DNA of 64,000 nucleotides, taken from positions 96,001 through 160,000 of the forward strand of contig CAWJIM010000003.1 in the NCBI GenBank assembly GCA_963842945.1, written 5' to 3'. A program made the position numbers and the translations under genes. This document shows, piece after piece, positions 58,336 through 64,000 of this stretch. The notes under the pieces are model-generated. The model saw only the letters and a program-made list of their open reading frames with translations. It made no database searches and was not told where the DNA came from. This DNA comes from an uncultured Gemmatimonadales bacterium (GTDB lineage: Bacteria > Gemmatimonadota > Gemmatimonadetes > Gemmatimonadales > GWC2-71-9). How positions within the stretch are numbered: the first letter of the stretch is position 1; each line of letters opens with the position of its first letter.

Positions 58336-59425
58336 TACCAGCACAGCGAGCCTCATCCTGCTCGGCGTCGCCGTATTTCTCACCGGGTGCAAGGAACAGC
58401 CGGCCCTGGGCGGAAGGGCTGATACGGCAGCAGAGACGTCGTCGCCATCCACATCCGGCGGGGAGCTGGCCTATGTCACCAACGAGGATTCCCAGAATCT
58501 GACCGTCATCGACACACGTACTGATAGTGTGGTGGCAACCATTCCGGTCGGCACTCGGCCTCGCGGCGTCAAGGTCAGCCCTGACGGAAGGACGGTGTAC
58601 GTGGCGCTCAGCGGATCTCCCAAGTGTCCTCCCAGCATGCCGGACGAGGAGTGCGAAAAGCTGAAGTCGGATAAGACGAAGGACGGCATCGCAGTGGTCG
58701 ATGTGGCGGCTCGCCGGGTCGCGCGGGTTTTGCCGGGCGGCTCCGATCCCGAGCAGTTCGACATCAGCAACGATGGGAAACGGCTCTATATCTCGAATGA
58801 AGATGCCGGGACGGCGTCGATCGTGGATGTCGAGAAGGGCACCATTGAGACGACGGTCAAGGTGGGAGCGGAGCCTGAGGGCGTTCGCATCAGTCCCGAT
58901 GGTAAGCTGGTGTACGTTACGGCCGAGAGCGACACCTCGATTCGGGTGCTGGACGCCGAAACCGGCGCCGCGAAAGGCCGAATCAAGGTGGACCGGCGGC
59001 CGAGAGACGTCGCCTTCTCACCCGATGGCAAGCGGGCGTACGCCACCGCCGAAGTTGGTGGCACCGTCTCCGTAATCGATGTCCCCAACAATCGTGTTCT
59101 GGCCACCATCAAGCTGCCGCAGGATGCCAAGCCTATGGGGGTGCGATTTTCGCCTGATGGCAACCGGGTCTACGTCGCGACCGGCCGTGGTGGTACGGTG
59201 GTCGTCATCGATCCCACAACCAATCAAATCACCGGGTCGGTCAAGGTCGGGCAGCGGCCCTGGGGTCTCGCCCTTACCCGGGACGGGAAAAAACTCTACA
59301 CCGCGAACGGCCCCTCCAACGATGTGAGCGTGGTGGATACCGGCAAGCTGGCGGTGATCGCCACCGTGCCTGTGGGCAAGATCCCCTGGGGCGTGGCAAT
59401 CGGGCCCACACCGGCGCGGGAATGA
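58325..59425 (+). CDS. YVTN beta-propeller lipoprotein (PQQ-catabolism-associated type)
   Basis: Lipobox LTGC; repeats AYVTNE, VGTRPRG..SPDG, SDPEQF, VGAEPEG, VGQRPWG. Confidence 0.92.
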   Translation: MRNDTSTASLILLGVAVFLTGCKEQPALGGRADTAAETSSPSTSGGELAYVTNEDSQNLTVIDTRTDSVVATIPVGTRPRGVKVSPDGRTVYVALSGSPKCPPSMPDEECEKLKSDKTKDGIAVVDVAARRVARVLPGGSDPEQFDISNDGKRLYISNEDAGTASIVDVEKGTIETTVKVGAEPEGVRISPDGKLVYVTAESDTSIRVLDAETGAAKGRIKVDRRPRDVAFSPDGKRAYATAEVGGTVSVIDVPNNRVLATIKLPQDAKPMGVRFSPDGNRVYVATGRGGTVVVIDPTTNQITGSVKVGQRPWGLALTRDGKKLYTANGPSNDVSVVDTGKLAVIATVPVGKIPWGVAIGPTPARE

Positions 59426-59919
59426 TTGCCGGCCGCTGGCTCGCTGCGGCAGCGCTGTCCCTCCTGATGGCGGCAGACGGTTCAGGGCCGGTTCCCAATG
59501 CATTTCGATTTGAGTTGAATGCCACCCCTGAGCTGCACCGGCTCTGGGAGACCAGCTCCGCCGCCAAAGCCGAACGGGTGGCCTGTCTCGCGGCCACCCT
59601 CGAAGGCGATACCGTGCGGATCTCCCGGGTGGTGCCACTCGAATCGGGTCGCTCGGACTCGCTGGGGATCTCCGCGACGCCCTCGCTGGACACCTGCGGT
59701 CCGCCCGAGTGGCGAGGGACCGTCCACACCCATGTCGCACTGAAAGACGGACAGCGCCCCTACTCTCTCTTCTCCGGCGCCGATCGCGGGGTGATGATGC
59801 TGTGGTGGAGACGGTGGAGCGTGGCCGGCGTCTTCTGCCTGCTGTATAGCCCCAATGAGGTAATCTGCGAGATCGAAGGCCCCGATGGCGCGGTGATCTT
59901 TCCGCGCTCGCGCTATTGA
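59422..59919 (+). CDS. Exported JAB/MPN(JAMM)-like protein, paralog 1
   Basis: ATGA-coupled to the propeller gene; hydrophobic N-terminus; ERVACL…GTVHTH-x13-SGAD. The ORF is solid; the family call is inference. Confidence 0.7.
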   Translation: MIAGRWLAAAALSLLMAADGSGPVPNAFRFELNATPELHRLWETSSAAKAERVACLAATLEGDTVRISRVVPLESGRSDSLGISATPSLDTCGPPEWRGTVHTHVALKDGQRPYSLFSGADRGVMMLWWRRWSVAGVFCLLYSPNEVICEIEGPDGAVIFPRSRY

Positions 59920-60437
59920 TGCGATCTCTGCTTCCCATCACGGCGGTGGTGTTTGTGGCGGCTGCCGCCGCCTCCCACGCCAGCGCTCAGACCGGGCGCG
60001 CTCCCCACGGGACATTTCGATTCAGTCACGAGGCCGGAACCGGGCTTCAGGCGCTATGGCAGGAGAGCCTGGCTGCTAGAGAGGAGCGGGTGGCCTGTCT
60101 GGCCAGCACCATCCGAAACGACACCGTCTTCGTCACTCGAATTTCCATGGTCAAGTCCGACGAGGCGGACTCCCTCGGCATTTCCGCCACGGCATCGGTG
60201 GAGCAGTGCGGTCCGCCGGTCTGGTCGGGAACGGTTCACACCCACATCGCTCTGTACTCCGACAGCTTGCCGTCCGCCAGGTTCTCGGCGCAGGATAGAA
60301 CCGCCATGCGCCTCTGGTACGATCGTTGGCATGCGGATGGGGTCTTCTGTCTGATCTATAGCGCTCGGGACGCCCACTGCGAGGCGGATGGGGTGGTCGG
60401 TGGCATGCGCTCGCAGCCGCGGGTGGTCAACGAGTAG
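59919..60437 (+). CDS. Exported JAB/MPN(JAMM)-like protein, paralog 2
   Basis: TGATG-coupled; signal peptide ending ASA-Q; ERVACL…GTVHTH-x13-SAQD. Confidence 0.7.
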   Translation: MRSLLPITAVVFVAAAAASHASAQTGRAPHGTFRFSHEAGTGLQALWQESLAAREERVACLASTIRNDTVFVTRISMVKSDEADSLGISATASVEQCGPPVWSGTVHTHIALYSDSLPSARFSAQDRTAMRLWYDRWHADGVFCLIYSARDAHCEADGVVGGMRSQPRVVNE

Positions 60438-60457
60438 CTCGCGGTCCGGCAGATTTC

Positions 60458-61171
60458 CTACATTGGGCGTCGCTCGGGCTCGTCGGGATTGTCGACACAT
60501 CCCGGCACGGTGCGGCCGTCGCTGGCTTCGGGTGCACGCTGAACGCCGGTACGATCAGCCTGGATTCGTGTCGCCACCAGATCGAAACAGAACGTCACCT
60601 TGTCGGCCACTTTCACGGTACCCGCTGGCCCTCCGCTGAATGGCTTGATCCCGAAATCGGTCTGTTTGGCGACGAAGCTCCCGCCTGCTCTGATGGTGTC
60701 TCTGCCGATCCGGACGTCCGCCGTCACCGGCAACGTTCGGGTTTTTCCCTCCATGGTAACGTCGAGTCGCATTTGCATCTTTCCGCTCTTCGCATCGAGC
60801 GAGTCAGCGACGAAGGTCATCTTCGGGTACTTATCAACGTGCAGCACTTCGGTCCGCATGGCCGCGGTGACCTTCCGGATCTCGGCCGTATCAGGCGGAG
60901 TGAGCACCTCCAAGCTGTCGGTCGGGACCTTGAGCGAGAGGTGAGAAGTGGGCTGGCCTGGATGGTAGACCAGGGCGCCCGTAACCGAGCGGGCGCGAAT
61001 CACATGGGCGTGGCCGGCAAAGCTGAAGAGGCCCGCCTTCCCGGTCTTCACCACTAATCGACTGCTTGGATCGACGTGGTAGACCACGGAGTCGGCCTGG
61101 GCCTGGGCACTCAGCGCGTCCTGGGCGAGTCCCAGGAAGAGGGGTGCGAGCAATAGGGTTCGGGTGAGCAT
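60458..61171 (-). CDS. YceI-family lipid/polyisoprenoid-binding protein
   Basis: Signal peptide; GHAHVI, VLHVDKYP, QTDFGIKP, VADKVTF. Confidence 0.88.
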   Translation of the reverse strand: MLTRTLLLAPLFLGLAQDALSAQAQADSVVYHVDPSSRLVVKTGKAGLFSFAGHAHVIRARSVTGALVYHPGQPTSHLSLKVPTDSLEVLTPPDTAEIRKVTAAMRTEVLHVDKYPKMTFVADSLDAKSGKMQMRLDVTMEGKTRTLPVTADVRIGRDTIRAGGSFVAKQTDFGIKPFSGGPAGTVKVADKVTFCFDLVATRIQADRTGVQRAPEASDGRTVPGCVDNPDEPERRPM

Positions 61172-61190
61172 TGACGTCCGCCGTTACTTA

Positions 61191-61736
61191 CTACGAGATC
61201 GGCCGCCGAGTCAGGAACGAGCCAGGTCTACGGCGCGCCAACCAACCATCCAGACCCCACGTCCGTCCTGCCCGGGCAAAGAAGAATGCCAGCATCAGGA
61301 AGAAGAGCACCAGGTGGAATCCCTGCTGCCCGGGAGACATCCACTGAGTGGCCAACCCATAGTTGATCACCAGGATCAGACCGACCACCGAGGCCAGTCC
61401 CGTCAGCAGTCCCAGGGTAAGACCAAGTCCGGCCGCAGTCTCGCCCCAGGCGGTGAGCTGGGCGAAGACGCTGCTGTGGGGAATTACCGTCCCCTCGAGA
61501 AAGTGCTTGTAGAAGTTGAGTGGATTGTCGGACGCCTGCTTGGCCACAATCTTGGGCATCACCGCCAGCCAACGTTCGCTCACGGCCGGAAACGGCAGCA
61601 CCCCACCGAGAAGCAGGATGCTCATCTTGGTGACCAGAGACTTCACGAAGTACAGTCCAACCACGATTCTCAGCAGCGCCAGCCACTCGGCTGGGCGAAA
61701 CATGGTGACGGTGGCCGACGTTGATCGCTGAGCCAT
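61191..61736 (-). CDS. DoxX/DoxD-like membrane protein
   Basis: LLRIVVGLYF, GETAAGLGLTLGLLT, AGRTWGLD. Confidence 0.88.
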   Translation of the reverse strand: MAQRSTSATVTMFRPAEWLALLRIVVGLYFVKSLVTKMSILLLGGVLPFPAVSERWLAVMPKIVAKQASDNPLNFYKHFLEGTVIPHSSVFAQLTAWGETAAGLGLTLGLLTGLASVVGLILVINYGLATQWMSPGQQGFHLVLFFLMLAFFFARAGRTWGLDGWLARRRPGSFLTRRPIS

Positions 61737-61797
61737 GGTTGTGAGGCCCTGGTGAGGGTGCACGATCCGAGTTGTATCTTGGAGCTCCAGCTCCCAG

Positions 61798-63876
61798 CTA
61801 AACCTCCACCCCCAACTCCGAAAACACAAACGTCCAGCTGTCGGTCAGCTCGTCGAGTACCTTGGTCAGCGGTTTGCCTGCTCCATGTCCCGCTCGCGCT
61901 TCCAGTCGGAGCAACACCGGCCGCTCAGACGATGAGGCCGCCTGCAGTCGCGCCGTCATTTTACGGGCGTGCATCGGATCGACCCGGGTATCGCTCTCCG
62001 CCGTAGCCAGCAGCACGGAGGGGTAGGCTCGGCCGTCTTCCACATGGTGGTAAGGCGAGTAGTCCCGCAGCCAGCGAAACTGCGCCGGATCATCGGGGGA
62101 GCCATACTCGGGAATCCAGAGCCGGGCGATCAGAAAGCGGTGATATCGAAGCATGTCCAGCAGGGGAACCTGGATCAGCACGGCGCGAAAGAGGTCAGAT
62201 CTCTGGGTCAGCACCGCTCCCATCAACAGTCCGCCGTTGGAGCCGCCGGCTGCGGCAAGTCGCTCCGGGTTGGTATAGCCCTCCCGGATCAGCCACTCCG
62301 CGGCGGCAATGAAGTCGTCGAAGCTGTTCTGTTTCTTTCCCAGCATTCCGTTCTGGTGCCAGCTCTCGCCGTACTCCCCTCCACCCCGAATGTTGGGAAC
62401 CGCCAGCACGCCACCGCGCTCCAACCAGAGCAGCAGCGAGCGAGAGAAGGCCGGAGTCATGCTGATGTTGAACCCGCCGTAACCGGTCAGATACGTGGGA
62501 TTGTCAGCGGTTCGTTCGACCTCGACCTGGTGTACCAGAAACATCGAGATGCTGGTCCCGTCTCGCGACGGGTAGCTCACCTGCCGGACCAGAAAACGGT
62601 CCGGATCCAGGTCAGCCGCCACCCGCTGCCACAGCTCGGAGGCGCCGGTGGTGAGGTCGATCCGGTAAACGGTGGGCGGGACCGTATACGACGAGAACCC
62701 GTAGAAGATCTCCCGTCCATCCCACTCGCCACTCACGCCAAAGAGGCTGCCGAGCGTGAGCAGAGCGATTTCGGCTTCACCTCGTCCCTCCAGATCCGTG
62801 AGGCGGAGCCGGGATGAGGCTCGCTCCAGGTAGCTCAAGGCCAGCCGTTCAGCCGTCACGGTGACGCCTTCCAGCACCGCTTCGGCACGGGAGGAGACGA
62901 TTTCGCGCCACTGGGATCGGATGGGCTGCTCGGGGTTCACCAGATACAGTCGATAAGTCGGCGCATCGAGGTTGGTCCGCAGATACAGTCGCCCGTGGGC
63001 GATCTGGCCTTCGAAGGTGGCCGGTAGATTCTCCGCCACGGGTATGAGGGGAGAATTTTGAACCCGATCCTGCAGATAGAGATCGGTTTCATCGAAGGTG
63101 CGGGCCACCTGAATCAGCAGCCAGCGCCCATCCGGCGACAAGCCGACGCCGGGCCAGAATTCCTTTTCCCGCGGGCGGTACACCAGCAGGTCGCTCTCGC
63201 AGTCGGTGCCCACCAGATGGAAATAGATGGAGCGGTGATAGTGCTCTTCCCCGCCCGGAACGTCGGCGGGCGCGGGATAGCGGGTGTAGTAGAATCCGCT
63301 GTTGTCGGGGAGCCAGGCCAGGGATGCTGCGCGGGTTCGGGAGATCCGCTCATCGAGCAGGCGTCCGGTCTCGACCTCGAGCAGATGAAGCACGCTCTGC
63401 TCCGACCCGTTCTCCGACAGCCCATAGGCCAGGAGCCTGCCGTCTTCACTGGGATAGTACCAGTCGAGTGCGGTGGTTCCCGTCGCGTTCAGTGCGTTGG
63501 GGTCGACTGCGATCCGATCGACCCCATCGTACCCAGCGCGCCAGTAGAGCACCGGCTGGTTCTGCTTGCCTTCGCGGCGTTGATAGAAGTAGTGGCCACG
63601 GGCCGGAGTGGGAGCAGTGAGCACACCAATGGCCAGCAGCTGCTCCAGCCGGGCTCTGATTCTTTGTCGTCCGGGAAAGGCCGCGAGATAGGCCTCGGTA
63701 AAGGCGTTCTGCCGCTCGGTCCAGCGTTGAGTGTCGGGAGACTGCCCGTCCTCCAGCCAGCGATAGGGATCGCTGATGCGTTCGCCGTGGAGGACCTCCT
63801 CCACCGGGTGAGTTGGGGTTTCCGGATAGTCAGGTGGGCGGGTTCGGCTGGCCGGCAGTGGAGGGGACTTAGTCAC
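61798..63876 (-). CDS. Prolyl oligopeptidase (S9A)
   Basis: DPYRWLED, GYGGF, NIRGGGEYG, GGSNGG, DTRV, AGHG. Confidence 0.96.
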   Translation of the reverse strand: MTKSPPLPASRTRPPDYPETPTHPVEEVLHGERISDPYRWLEDGQSPDTQRWTERQNAFTEAYLAAFPGRQRIRARLEQLLAIGVLTAPTPARGHYFYQRREGKQNQPVLYWRAGYDGVDRIAVDPNALNATGTTALDWYYPSEDGRLLAYGLSENGSEQSVLHLLEVETGRLLDERISRTRAASLAWLPDNSGFYYTRYPAPADVPGGEEHYHRSIYFHLVGTDCESDLLVYRPREKEFWPGVGLSPDGRWLLIQVARTFDETDLYLQDRVQNSPLIPVAENLPATFEGQIAHGRLYLRTNLDAPTYRLYLVNPEQPIRSQWREIVSSRAEAVLEGVTVTAERLALSYLERASSRLRLTDLEGRGEAEIALLTLGSLFGVSGEWDGREIFYGFSSYTVPPTVYRIDLTTGASELWQRVAADLDPDRFLVRQVSYPSRDGTSISMFLVHQVEVERTADNPTYLTGYGGFNISMTPAFSRSLLLWLERGGVLAVPNIRGGGEYGESWHQNGMLGKKQNSFDDFIAAAEWLIREGYTNPERLAAAGGSNGGLLMGAVLTQRSDLFRAVLIQVPLLDMLRYHRFLIARLWIPEYGSPDDPAQFRWLRDYSPYHHVEDGRAYPSVLLATAESDTRVDPMHARKMTARLQAASSSERPVLLRLEARAGHGAGKPLTKVLDELTDSWTFVFSELGVEV

Positions 63877-64000
63877 CCAGGCTGATCCCGAGCTCGCGAG
63901 CGGTGGCGATGGTGTCGGAATCGAGTGGCACGTTCCGCGGCCGCCCCACTATCTCCTCCAGCGGAACCTGCTCGATCCCGACGCCCTGTAAGCCCACCAT
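63869..64000 (-). CDS. pfkA: 6-phosphofructokinase, 3' end only
   Basis: Own translation MVGLQGVGIEQVPLEEIVGRPRNVPLDSDTIATARELGISLGD* is a typical Pfk C-terminus. Confidence 0.7.
   Translation of the reverse strand: MVGLQGVGIEQVPLEEIVGRPRNVPLDSDTIATARELGISLGD

Noticed and set aside
27700..60450. Island as a recently acquired mobile element
   Set aside because: No integrase, transposase, tRNA or flanking direct repeats were seen, and the host-type 8-mer repeats occur inside it
61798..63876. Prolyl oligopeptidase as a PqqA-processing or RiPP protease
   Set aside because: It is on the opposite strand, coupled to pfk, with no precursor peptide or pqq genes adjacent; a housekeeping role is more likely

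Overview
A GC-rich bacterial window, probably from Gemmatimonadota (inferred from gene content and protein style, not proven). About 15 otherwise intact genes carry single-base frameshifts, consistent with an uncorrected long-read assembly. (1) 1-27 kb holds housekeeping and accessory genes. These include a putative SOS mutagenesis cluster: a hidden zinc-ribbon micro-ORF, a radical SAM protein, a catalytically degenerate DinB/ImuB-like protein, Tag glycosylase and DnaE2. The cluster sits behind a promoter overlapped by an 11-bp-period repeat, and several of its genes carry palindromic or 8-mer tandem-repeat inserts. (2) 27.9-60.4 kb is a methanol-oxidation island of about 32 kb. It encodes fae, an MtdA/MtdC-type dehydrogenase, fhcBADC, mch, many tetrahydromethanopterin (H4MPT) and methanofuran biosynthesis genes, and a lanthanide-type methanol dehydrogenase operon xoxF-xoxJ-xoxG. 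The least familiar members are two tandem exported JAB/JAMM-like proteins, a tandem-EthD lipoprotein, a DUF1464 protein, an SDR that may be the missing dihydromethanopterin reductase, and a leader of about 590 nt ahead of xoxF. (3) 60.4-64 kb holds YceI, DoxX, a prolyl oligopeptidase and the 3' end of a phosphofructokinase. No rRNA, tRNA, CRISPR array, transposase or pqqA-E was recognised. All family calls come from motif recognition, without database searches.
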